This document shows, piece after piece, positions 12,217 through 21,134 of a DNA stretch of 64,000 nucleotides. The translations under genes and the position numbers were made by a program. The stretch is from Escherichia coli. GTDB taxonomy: Bacteria; Pseudomonadota; Gammaproteobacteria; Enterobacterales; Enterobacteriaceae. The stretch lies in assembly GCF_050920415.1 (NCBI RefSeq), contig NZ_CP169309.1; one strand, given 5' to 3'. How positions within the stretch are numbered: the stretch's first letter is position 1; each line of letters starts with the position of its first letter. The notes beneath the pieces were generated by a model. It saw nothing but the letters and a program-made list of their open reading frames with translations, ran no database searches and had not been told where the DNA came from.

Positions 12217-12969
12217 ATGATCCCGGAAAAGCGAATTATACGGCGCATTCAGTCTGGCGGTTGTGCTATCCATTGCCAGGATTGCAGCATCAGCCAGCTT
12301 TGCATCCCGTTCACACTCAACGAACATGAGCTTGATCAGCTTGATAATATCATTGAGCGAAAGAAGCCTATTCAGAAAGGCCAGACGCTGTTTAAGGCTG
12401 GTGATGAACTTAAATCGCTTTATGCCATCCGCTCCGGTACGATTAAAAGTTATACCATTACTGAGCAAGGCGACGAGCAAATCACTGGTTTCCATTTAGC
12501 TGGTGACCTGGTGGGATTTGATGCAATCGGCAGCGGTCATCACCCGAGCTTCGCGCAGGCGCTGGAAACCTCGATGGTATGTGAAATTCCGTTCGAAACG
12601 CTGGACGATTTGTCCGGTAAAATGCCGAATCTGCGTCAGCAGATGATGCGTCTGATGAGCGGTGAAATCAAAGGCGATCAGGACATGATCCTGCTGTTGT
12701 CGAAGAAAAATGCCGAGGAACGTCTGGCTGCATTCATCTACAACCTGTCCCGTCGTTTTGCCCAACGCGGCTTCTCCCCTCGTGAATTCCGCCTGACGAT
12801 GACTCGTGGCGATATCGGTAACTATCTGGGCCTGACGGTAGAAACCATCAGCCGTCTGCTGGGTCGCTTCCAGAAAAGCGGCATGCTGGCAGTCAAAGGT
12901 AAATACATCACCATCGAAAATAACGATGCGCTGGCCCAGCTTGCTGGTCACACGCGTAACGTTGCCTGA
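12217..12969 (+). CDS. fnr: Anaerobic global regulator FNR
   Basis: Track ORF 12160..12969; start at [23 protein letters not shown] gives 250 aa; N-terminal Cys cluster and CRP-family HTH. Confidence 0.97.
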
Positions 12970-13120
12970 TTTTTCCGCATCACTCACTATCCTTCTGTCA
13001 TATCATTAAATTTTTCTGATTTATTGATCTGGCAGAAGGTTCATCACTGTTTCATTCACCAGATATGGGTTAATCTTTTAATTACAAACTGCGTTGACAG
13101 TTGTTGTAAGGAGACCCTGT

Positions 13121-14071
13121 ATGGCTATGTATCACAACATGCTCGTTGTTATCGATCCTAACCAGGACGACCAACCAGCATTGCGGCGAGCTGTTTATTT
13201 ACATCAACGGATTGGTGGCAAAATTAAAGCCTTTTTGCCGATCTATGACTTCTCATACGAAATGACCACCCTGCTCTCCCCGGACGAACGTACCGCTATG
13301 CGTCAGGGCGTCATCAGCCAACGAACAGCCTGGATCCACGAGCAGGCAAAATATTATCTCAATGCTGGCGTTCCCATTGAAATTAAAGTGGTCTGGCATA
13401 ACCGTCCATTCGAAGCCATCATTCAGGAAGTGATCAGCGGCGGGCACGATTTGGTGCTAAAAATGGCGCACCAACATGACCGTCTGGAAGCGGTGATTTT
13501 TACGCCAACGGACTGGCATCTGTTACGCAAATGCCCAAGCCCGGTGTGGATGGTGAAAGACCAGCCGTGGCCGGAAGGGGGTAAGGCGCTGGTGGCGGTG
13601 AATCTCGCCAGTGAAGAGCCGTACCATAATGCGCTCAATGAAAAACTGGTCAAAGAGACGATCGAACTGGCAGAACAAGTCAACCATACCGAAGTTCATC
13701 TGGTTGGCGCTTATCCGGTAACGCCAATTAATATCGCGATTGAACTGCCGGAATTTGACCCGAGCGTTTATAACGATGCCATTCGTGGGCAACATTTGCT
13801 GGCAATGAAAGCTCTGCGGCAGAAATTCGGCATTAATGAAAACATGACACACGTAGAAAAAGGTCTGCCCGAAGAGGTGATTCCTGATTTGGCGGAGCAC
13901 TTACAGGCGGGGATTGTGGTTCTGGGCACGGTCGGACGCACCGGTATTTCAGCAGCATTCCTTGGCAACACGGCGGAACAGGTGATTGATCATCTTCGCT
14001 GCGACCTGCTGGTCATTAAACCTGACCAGTATCAGACACCCGTTGAACTGGATGACGAAGAAGACGATTAA
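13121..14071 (+). CDS. uspE: Universal stress protein E (tandem Usp domains)
   Basis: Track ORF 13094..14071; start at [10 protein letters not shown] gives 316 aa. Confidence 0.93.
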   Translation: MAMYHNMLVVIDPNQDDQPALRRAVYLHQRIGGKIKAFLPIYDFSYEMTTLLSPDERTAMRQGVISQRTAWIHEQAKYYLNAGVPIEIKVVWHNRPFEAIIQEVISGGHDLVLKMAHQHDRLEAVIFTPTDWHLLRKCPSPVWMVKDQPWPEGGKALVAVNLASEEPYHNALNEKLVKETIELAEQVNHTEVHLVGAYPVTPINIAIELPEFDPSVYNDAIRGQHLLAMKALRQKFGINENMTHVEKGLPEEVIPDLAEHLQAGIVVLGTVGRTGISAAFLGNTAEQVIDHLRCDLLVIKPDQYQTPVELDDEEDD

Positions 14072-14092
14072 CGACTCTTCAATAACTGACAA

Positions 14093-14118
14093 GGCCCGAG
14101 TTATCGGGCCTATTTTTT
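14093..14118 (+). terminator. Rho-independent terminator after uspE
   Basis: GGCCCGAgttaTCGGGCC hairpin followed by TATTTTTT. Confidence 0.75.
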
Positions 14119-14120
14119 AC

Positions 14121-14378
14121 TTACTGCTCTTCGCCGCCAAGGAAATAAATACCCAACGGGATTGCCAGCAACACAGTAAAGACCAGGCTATAAACAAAAA
14201 TCATCGATGACTGAATCACATACATTGATGTCGTCCACTCAGACAGCGGAATATTGTACTGTTCTATAACGCCGCCGATGGTCGCGCGAGTCACAACCGA
14301 CGCCGCAATAATGAAAACCGCCAACAAACCAAAGAGAAATTTCTTCCCTTTCGCTGACTTCAGTTTCGCCATAATCAT
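14121..14378 (-). CDS. ynaJ: Small inner-membrane protein YnaJ
   Basis: 85 aa, two TM segments; recognised sequence and synteny. Confidence 0.88.
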   Translation of the reverse strand: MIMAKLKSAKGKKFLFGLLAVFIIAASVVTRATIGGVIEQYNIPLSEWTTSMYVIQSSMIFVYSLVFTVLLAIPLGIYFLGGEEQ

Positions 14379-14621
14379 GATGTAATCCTTGTGCAGACAA
14401 ATTTCTTGTTACCTAAACGTAACAATACCATGACATTTCACCGTTGTCTGCTCTGAAAACCTCACCTCTTAGCTGGATTTACAATCAACGCATTGATTAG
14501 TTAGCTAATGTTGCTACTTCCTTCCCTGACTATTGATGATCTGAATGAATTGTCGCGGTAAAATAGCCCCGCCAGGGGTTTCCGGCATGACGACAATTAT
14601 CTGGAGGAGCCTGATAAAACA

Positions 14622-15653
14622 ATGATCGCTGAACTGTTTACAAATAATGCGCTTAATCTGGTCATTATTTTCGGTAGCTGCGCAGCATTGATTCTGATGA
14701 GCTTTTGGTTTCGCCGCGGAAATCGTAAAAGAAAAGGATTTTTATTCCATGCGGTGCAATTTTTCATCTACACCATAATTATCAGTGCTGTTGGTAGCAT
14801 CATTAATTATGTTATAGAAAACTACAAACTCCAATTTATCACTCCAGGCGTTATCGATTTTATCTGTACGTCCCTGATTGCTGTTATTCTGACGATTAAG
14901 TTATTTCTGCTGATTAATCAGTTTGAAAAACAGCAGATTAAAAAAGGTCGTGATATCACCAGTGCGCGGATTATGTCGCGTATCATCAAAATCACCATTA
15001 TTGTGGTACTTGTTTTGCTTTATGGCGAACATTTCGGCATGAGCCTTTCTGGCTTGCTGACCTTTGGTGGTATTGGTGGTCTGGCTGTTGGTATGGCCGG
15101 TAAAGATATTCTGAGTAACTTCTTTTCCGGGATTATGCTCTATTTCGACCGTCCTTTCAGTATTGGCGACTGGATCCGTTCACCGGACAGAAATATCGAA
15201 GGTACAGTAGCGGAAATTGGCTGGCGAATTACCAAAATTACGACCTTTGATAATCGTCCGTTATACGTCCCGAACTCGCTGTTTTCGTCTATCAGCGTAG
15301 AAAACCCGGGGCGAATGACCAACCGACGTATTACCACGACAATCGGTTTACGTTATGAGGATGCGGCAAAAGTGGGAGCCATTGTCGAAGCCGTACGTGA
15401 GATGCTTAAAAATCACCCGGCCATCGACCAGCGACAAACCTTACTGGTTTATTTCAACCAGTTTGCTGACTCGTCATTGAATATTATGGTTTATTGCTTT
15501 ACCAAAACCACAGTATGGGCTGAATGGCTTGCCGCCCAGCAGGATGTTTATTTGAAGATTATCGATATTGTACAGTCACACGGCGCGGATTTCGCGTTCC
15601 CAAGCCAGACGCTGTATATGGATAACATTACACCACCAGACCAGGGTCGTTAA
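14622..15653 (+). CDS. ynaI: MscS-family mechanosensitive channel YnaI
   Basis: 343 aa; N-terminal TM helices plus MscS beta domain; synteny. Confidence 0.92.
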   Translation: MIAELFTNNALNLVIIFGSCAALILMSFWFRRGNRKRKGFLFHAVQFFIYTIIISAVGSIINYVIENYKLQFITPGVIDFICTSLIAVILTIKLFLLINQFEKQQIKKGRDITSARIMSRIIKITIIVVLVLLYGEHFGMSLSGLLTFGGIGGLAVGMAGKDILSNFFSGIMLYFDRPFSIGDWIRSPDRNIEGTVAEIGWRITKITTFDNRPLYVPNSLFSSISVENPGRMTNRRITTTIGLRYEDAAKVGAIVEAVREMLKNHPAIDQRQTLLVYFNQFADSSLNIMVYCFTKTTVWAEWLAAQQDVYLKIIDIVQSHGADFAFPSQTLYMDNITPPDQGR

Positions 15654-15664
15654 TTCAGACATCA

Positions 15665-15692
15665 CTGGCGTTACCCACAAGGGTAACGCCAG
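15665..15692. terminator. Bidirectional hairpin between convergent ynaI and mppA
   Basis: GGCGTTACCCacaaGGGTAACGCC perfect 10-bp stem. Confidence 0.7.
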
Positions 15693-15698
15693 TTCACA

Positions 15699-17309
15699 TC
15701 AATGTTTCACAATATACATAGTCCGGCTATACGCCACATCTTCCGGGTTATTAATGGGATAACCTTTCAGCCACGGCTTGATTAATCGTCCATTGGTATA
15801 TTGATAAATTGGTGCAATCGGTGCTTGCTCCATGAGGATTTTTTCTGCCGCATTGTAATCGGCATTACGCGCTTTAACGGTATTTTCCGTCGATGCCTGG
15901 GCCAAAACTTTGTCGTAGGCCGGGTTGTTAAAGCGTGAAATGTTGCCTGAATGCGTTGACGTTAATAATGTCAGGAAGGTGGAGGGTTCATTATAATCCC
16001 CCACCCACGAGGCGCGGATAACATCAAAATTACCTGTATTACGACTATCGATATAGGTTTTCCATTCCTGATTTTGCAGTTTGACATCTACACCAAGGTT
16101 CTTTTTCCACATCGATGCCACAGCAATCGCAATTTTTTGATGGTTTTCTGAAGTATTATACAAAAGCGTCAGCTTCAGCGGTTTTTGCGGACCATAACCG
16201 GCTGCGCTCAACAAAGTTTTTGCCTGCGCATTCAGTTCTTCCTGACTCATTTGTTCAAACGGCGAAGGCTCCGGCGTGAATCCGGCAGTAACATCTGGCG
16301 TAAAATGCCACGCTGGTTTTTCGCCCGTCCCCAACACTTTTTCGGTCATCAGGCGGCGATCTATCGTCATACTTAATGCCAGACGAACGCGCTGATCTGC
16401 CGTCGGCCCTTTTTGCGTGTTAAACGCATAATAATAGGTTCCGAGCTGCGGCGGTGTATAAACCTGCCCCGGAATATCCTTCAACAGCTTCTGATACATA
16501 TTTTTGGGGAAGGATTCGGTGATATCAATATCCCCCGCGAGATAACGCTTAGTGGCTGCGGATTCCTGATTAATTGGCAGGAAGGTCACTTTTTGCAACA
16601 CCGTTTTGGCGTTATCCCAATAATGGGTATTTGGCACCACGACCAGTTTTTCATTGACTACACGCTCTTTAAGAACATAAGCGCCATTGCCGACCAGATT
16701 TCCGGGTTTCGTCCACTCTTTCCCGCTTTCTACGTTAGCTTTTTGCACCGGGAAGAAGGCAAAATTGGCTGTTAAATTCACAAACCACGGCAACGGTTTA
16801 TCAAGCTGGATTTTCAAAGTACGGGCATCAACCGCGGTGACGCCTAGCTGATCAGGCGTAGCTTTACCATCAATAATCGCCTGTGCGTTGTTGATTCCCG
16901 CCAGCGCGGCAAACCAGGCAAACGGCGACAACGTTTTTGGGTCAACCAGACGTTGCCAGCTGTAGACAAAATCCTGTGCCGTTACCGGTGTGCCATCCGC
17001 CCATTTTGCGTTATCGCGCAGGGTGAAAGTCCAGATACGGTTGTCATTACTTTTCCACTGAGTCGCAACGCCGGGGACAATCTCCCCTTTCTCGTTCTGA
17101 TTCACCAGTCCTTCAAAAAGATCGCGAATGACCTGAATCTCTGGCAGACCCACGGCTTTAGCGGGATCCAGCGACGCAGGCTCATCTTTAATATGGCGCA
17201 CCAGCTCCTGCTTCTCTGCCAGTACTGTGCCGCTCGGAACTTCTGCAGCATACGAAAGAGACATTATGCAAAGTGGCAAAAACGATATATAAATCATGAT
17301 TTTATTCAT
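15699..17309 (-). CDS. mppA: Periplasmic murein tripeptide-binding protein MppA with a non-K-12 (phage-derived) signal-peptide N-terminus
   Basis: Track ORF 15699..17345; start chosen at MNKIMIYISFLPLCIMSLSYA|AEVPSG (536 aa). From SLSYAAEVPSG onward it matches my recollection of MppA; the first ~16 codons are AT-rich and differ. Confidence 0.85.
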   Translation of the reverse strand: MNKIMIYISFLPLCIMSLSYAAEVPSGTVLAEKQELVRHIKDEPASLDPAKAVGLPEIQVIRDLFEGLVNQNEKGEIVPGVATQWKSNDNRIWTFTLRDNAKWADGTPVTAQDFVYSWQRLVDPKTLSPFAWFAALAGINNAQAIIDGKATPDQLGVTAVDARTLKIQLDKPLPWFVNLTANFAFFPVQKANVESGKEWTKPGNLVGNGAYVLKERVVNEKLVVVPNTHYWDNAKTVLQKVTFLPINQESAATKRYLAGDIDITESFPKNMYQKLLKDIPGQVYTPPQLGTYYYAFNTQKGPTADQRVRLALSMTIDRRLMTEKVLGTGEKPAWHFTPDVTAGFTPEPSPFEQMSQEELNAQAKTLLSAAGYGPQKPLKLTLLYNTSENHQKIAIAVASMWKKNLGVDVKLQNQEWKTYIDSRNTGNFDVIRASWVGDYNEPSTFLTLLTSTHSGNISRFNNPAYDKVLAQASTENTVKARNADYNAAEKILMEQAPIAPIYQYTNGRLIKPWLKGYPINNPEDVAYSRTMYIVKH

Positions 17310-17351
17310 ATATTTTTTAACCTTAAAATAATATGGTACACACAATGGTAC

Positions 17352-17381
17352 ACAAAAAGAAACGAGGCGTTAGCCTCGTTT
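17352..17381 (-). terminator. Rho-independent terminator after the tail fibre gene
   Basis: Minus strand AAACGAGGCtaacGCCTCGTTT followed by CTTTTTGTG. Confidence 0.75.
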
Positions 17382-17409
17382 CGCGGCGATGTTCTTCGCA
17401 CATCACCTC

Positions 17410-19782
17410 TTATTCTTCGCTTCCGGTCAACTGCTTAACAAGCGCAACCAGTTCGCTAACCTGATTTTCAAGATTGGTGATACGTTCATCCATGACAGTA
17501 ATGTTAGCACGTAAGCTGGCGTTTTCTTCTTCCAGTGCTGTAGCTTTCAACATTAAGGATTGTGTAACGTGCATTGTATCGAGCAATAAAGGCGTAGTAT
17601 CAAGCTCTTTCACCTCTATTTCTTTGTTGTTATTATCATAATGTGTTCTTGTTTTTACATATAACGGATCTATTAGTTCGGCTGATTGTGAAATAATGCC
17701 ACGCCGCACTCTTTCTTTTTCATCACCATTGAATACGAATGTTACGAAATCAAGGTTTTCTAAATTGCTCCACGCTTTATCTACGGTAGCGTGCTGCACA
17801 TTATGCTTAAATCTAATATCAGATATTGCATTTTTAGTAACCGTTGAGGTTTCTGTTACGGAATAATTATCCCATTTGGTAAAGTAAATGTTTGAATCAA
17901 ACGGGGCAATTTCAAGTCTTACTCCGTATTTGTTATCACTATCACCAACGCAGTTTAATGAAGTCCTAGCAAAACTAGTGGTATTGTGATGAATTAAACC
18001 GAGACTATACCAAGTCGCATACCCCGCTGAGGATGCTTGCCCTGCACTAAAATTGGAATTAAACGACCAGTTTTCACCTATATTAGTGTAAGGTACAACG
18101 AATGTTGCGCCGTGCGTTGGGATCTCACCCCAACTTAAAAGTTTTTGCGTTGTAGCCCTAAATGATGCTGATTCAAAAAGCCCGCTATCATTTACCGTAA
18201 TTCTCCCCTTGTTCCCTGATGTTTTATTTTCAACTTCAATAACTGCATAGTGGGATTGATCGATATACGCATCACCCCACATCGACACTTCGCATTCTGA
18301 GGCGTCACCGATCTTGTATACGGATTTTACAACACCTGTAGTTGATTTTGTTCCGGTTGATAGCCTTGTTTTGTCGGCGTTAATTACGCTCCAGGATGTA
18401 TTTGCAGCGGTAAAGCCACCAGATGCACGGATCACCCATACACCAACAAAGTTTCGTGTAAGAATTTCATCTGTTGATGCTCCATAAATCGGGCTACACC
18501 GTGACGCATCAAAAGTACATGTATTATAACGGCCTTCCAAAGCGGTTGTACCGCTAGGAATTGCATCACCTACACCGTCAGGAAATACACTGTTATCGGA
18601 GGAAAATGCACCATAAGATGTGCCAATGGCTTGCGCGTAACTCCCACCGGAATAAGTGGTAAAATAACCAGTAATATTTGGCGCGGCTGATTCAAATAGT
18701 TGTCCGTTTGCACTACTAACGCCACCATCACCTCGACCATAAAGCGCTCTGATCGATCCTTCTTGTATACCGTTTTTATCGGGAACGCGGAAAGTTGTTT
18801 CTCCGTCACCCGTGGAATATTTACCGCGTTGGAATTTATCAGCCAGCCATTCAGAATCATCTATAGCGCCCACCATTTGAGCGTAAGCCCACAATTCAGG
18901 CCAATCTGCACGGTTAAGTAATTGCCCGTCCGATGTAACCTCATAAGGCTGAATATAAGCGCGGCTATCGCGTAAGTGGAAATCCCCTACGCCGTAATTC
19001 ATAACACCGTTCATTGTTGGTCCGACTGTACCACTATTGATATAGTTCATTACCCAACGCATTGTTACAGCGTCGTAATCACTTACCGGATCGCCTGCTA
19101 ATGGCGTTGAACCTATTGGGCGAACGTTCAACCAGGCCGCCGCTCGGTCGGCAAGATCGGAAAGGTTATTTTGTATTCTTAGAAATGAATCCGGGTTTAT
19201 GTCGTTTTTGTACCCTTCCGCTATGTTTTTATATTCTTCGGCGTTAGCGGCGCTTTCTGCTGCGTTTACTGCCGCCCCTGTTGCGGTAACAGCCCCTTCT
19301 TCTGCTGTTTGTGCTGCTGCTTCTGCTGCTGCTTTAGATGATTCGGCGTCTGTTTTGTATTGCTGAGTTGTCGCTTTATCTGCGCTTACTTGCGCTGAGT
19401 CCGTGTGAACTTGGTTAACTAGTGCTATCAATCCATCAAGATCAAATTCCTGAAAAAATTCAACTGCGTTTGCAATTTCGGTTTCCTTGCCCTGATAGTA
19501 ACGCAGAGTTTCAGCAACATCTTGCGCTAAACCATCTACAGAAATCGAGTCTGAAAGCAGAATACTGAATTTTGTCCCGGCAGATATTGCAGGGTCGGCC
19601 GCAGGAGTTACTGATAATTCAGTTCCGCTCTTAATTTCGGTGATGGTAAATATCTGCACAGGATCGCTAACTGCAATCAGCGTGCACCCTTCCCGGATGA
19701 GCGAAAGCGGCGCGGTGAAGCTTGTCCCCAAGCCTGTAACAGTGTTACCACTAATAGCTATTGTTCCTGTTGTATAAATCAT
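17410..19782 (-). CDS. Tail fibre with C-terminal intramolecular-chaperone (peptidase S74-like) domain
   Basis: 790 aa; N-terminus typical of siphovirus side/L-shaped fibres; Ala-rich coiled segment; SDIRFKHNV...GIISQSAELIDPLYV resembles the S74 autoproteolytic chaperone; terminal coiled coil. Confidence 0.75.
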   Translation of the reverse strand: MIYTTGTIAISGNTVTGLGTSFTAPLSLIREGCTLIAVSDPVQIFTITEIKSGTELSVTPAADPAISAGTKFSILLSDSISVDGLAQDVAETLRYYQGKETEIANAVEFFQEFDLDGLIALVNQVHTDSAQVSADKATTQQYKTDAESSKAAAEAAAQTAEEGAVTATGAAVNAAESAANAEEYKNIAEGYKNDINPDSFLRIQNNLSDLADRAAAWLNVRPIGSTPLAGDPVSDYDAVTMRWVMNYINSGTVGPTMNGVMNYGVGDFHLRDSRAYIQPYEVTSDGQLLNRADWPELWAYAQMVGAIDDSEWLADKFQRGKYSTGDGETTFRVPDKNGIQEGSIRALYGRGDGGVSSANGQLFESAAPNITGYFTTYSGGSYAQAIGTSYGAFSSDNSVFPDGVGDAIPSGTTALEGRYNTCTFDASRCSPIYGASTDEILTRNFVGVWVIRASGGFTAANTSWSVINADKTRLSTGTKSTTGVVKSVYKIGDASECEVSMWGDAYIDQSHYAVIEVENKTSGNKGRITVNDSGLFESASFRATTQKLLSWGEIPTHGATFVVPYTNIGENWSFNSNFSAGQASSAGYATWYSLGLIHHNTTSFARTSLNCVGDSDNKYGVRLEIAPFDSNIYFTKWDNYSVTETSTVTKNAISDIRFKHNVQHATVDKAWSNLENLDFVTFVFNGDEKERVRRGIISQSAELIDPLYVKTRTHYDNNNKEIEVKELDTTPLLLDTMHVTQSLMLKATALEEENASLRANITVMDERITNLENQVSELVALVKQLTGSEE

Positions 19783-19941
19783 CTCAACAACTCCATAATG
19801 TTAACTTATGTGTCAATTCTACCATTTTGCGATCTGTGTTACATTTCTGTCTTATACAAAATGTATTTGTTGATTTACATCAATGTTGTGAAAATGCGGT
19901 TTGTGGATACTACAACCAACGAAACAACGGAGGGTAAGACA

Positions 19942-20181
19942 ATGAAAGGCTTAAAAAATATCGCTATCGCTGCAATGGTTGCTGGTCTGGTTGGTTGTGC
20001 TGATATGCCGAAACGTGAATGCACGGCAATTTATCAAACTGGCGGTAATGAGTATGCGGTTGCAGTCTTCGGTGTCGCGGATGTTGGTGGTCACAAAATG
20101 GCTAAGGCTGGGTATCCATTTAATTTTCAATGGGTGAGCGTTGACCACTTCAAGAAAACGGATTGCCCGGAATTGAATTAA
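19942..20181 (+). CDS. 79-aa lipoprotein, opposite strand to the tail genes (Cor/Llp-like superinfection-exclusion candidate)
   Basis: MKGLKNIAIAAMVAGLVGC lipobox; GGAGGG SD; lies inside track ORF 19798..20181. Confidence 0.65.
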   Translation: MKGLKNIAIAAMVAGLVGCADMPKRECTAIYQTGGNEYAVAVFGVADVGGHKMAKAGYPFNFQWVSVDHFKKTDCPELN

Positions 20182-20771
20182 TCATAGGCGTCGGTTTTAA
20201 TGGCGGTGATAGCGTTCCCGTGGTTAATATAGCCAGTTGGTGCATATACGCTACCCGCCTGGATGCCGTAAATTCTAGTTGTGCTTCCGTTGTAATAAGC
20301 CGCCGCATAAATGGATGCACTACCCTGTCCAACGAGCGCCCCTAACAATTGGGGGCAAATAGCATAAGAACCGGATAACGTTTGGTCTATATAAATTCCG
20401 CCGCTTGATCCTGCCGTCCCAACGGTTACAAGGTCTGTTAATATTCTTGATTCATTAGTTAGCACTAGTTCCCCGGAAGCGTTCCAAATAGCCATTCCCC
20501 ACTTCGGCAGCGATGGCGGGAAAATAGTGAAAATATACGCATACCCCGAACCAGCCCCGATTAGTAAAGTTGATGGGCTATTTCTATAAGCTAATACAGC
20601 GGCGGCGGTAGTGCTTTTTACAAATACCATCACGGGCTTCCCGGATGGCACGGCGACGGTTTGATTCGATGATGTTAATGTCACCCGTTCATATAAGCAA
20701 AGCGGCGTTGCTTCCGGTGTAACGAAAATATTCCCGTTACTTAATCTCAAATAAGCTCCGAAGGTTGCCAT
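20178..20771 (-). CDS. Hypothetical tail-associated protein (197 aa)
   Basis: Track ORF; ATGA-coupled to the upstream gene; shares the MATFG N-terminus with 20771..21082. Confidence 0.6.
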   Translation of the reverse strand: MATFGAYLRLSNGNIFVTPEATPLCLYERVTLTSSNQTVAVPSGKPVMVFVKSTTAAAVLAYRNSPSTLLIGAGSGYAYIFTIFPPSLPKWGMAIWNASGELVLTNESRILTDLVTVGTAGSSGGIYIDQTLSGSYAICPQLLGALVGQGSASIYAAAYYNGSTTRIYGIQAGSVYAPTGYINHGNAITAIKTDAYD

Positions 20772-21082
20772 TAAGCCACCTCCGCAAATATAACAATTTC
20801 ACACTGTGACGCGGGCCATATATTAGCGCCTACCGTATCCCCTGCCGAGGAAATGGAAACAGTACCACCCGAAATAGTGATCTTTCTGCGCGTCGTTGAC
20901 GTTGTGCCATAATCAAGCGTCATCCCATAAGATAATTTGCATCCGGTCGGCACTGTAAAGGTATATGTGCCGGATACCTGCCCGGATGATAAGGAAATAT
21001 AACCAACCACAACGGAAGGTTTAATTCCATAGTTATTAGCATTGCCGCTGGCGTCCCAGGTCGCTACGCCGAAAGTAGCCAT
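20771..21082 (-). CDS. Hypothetical tail-associated protein (103 aa)
   Basis: Track ORF; GGAGGTG SD; follows the J-like gene. Confidence 0.6.
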   Translation of the reverse strand: MATFGVATWDASGNANNYGIKPSVVVGYISLSSGQVSGTYTFTVPTGCKLSYGMTLDYGTTSTTRRKITISGGTVSISSAGDTVGANIWPASQCEIVIFAEVA

Positions 21083-21108
21083 AATTACACCTCCTTAATA
21101 AAAAACTG

Positions 21109-21125
21109 AGGCCGAACAAGTCGGC
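21109..21125 (-). terminator. Intrinsic terminator hairpin after the J-like gene
   Basis: Minus strand GGCCGActtgtTCGGCC followed by TCAGTTTTTT. Confidence 0.6.
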
Positions 21126-21134
21126 CCCTTAATT

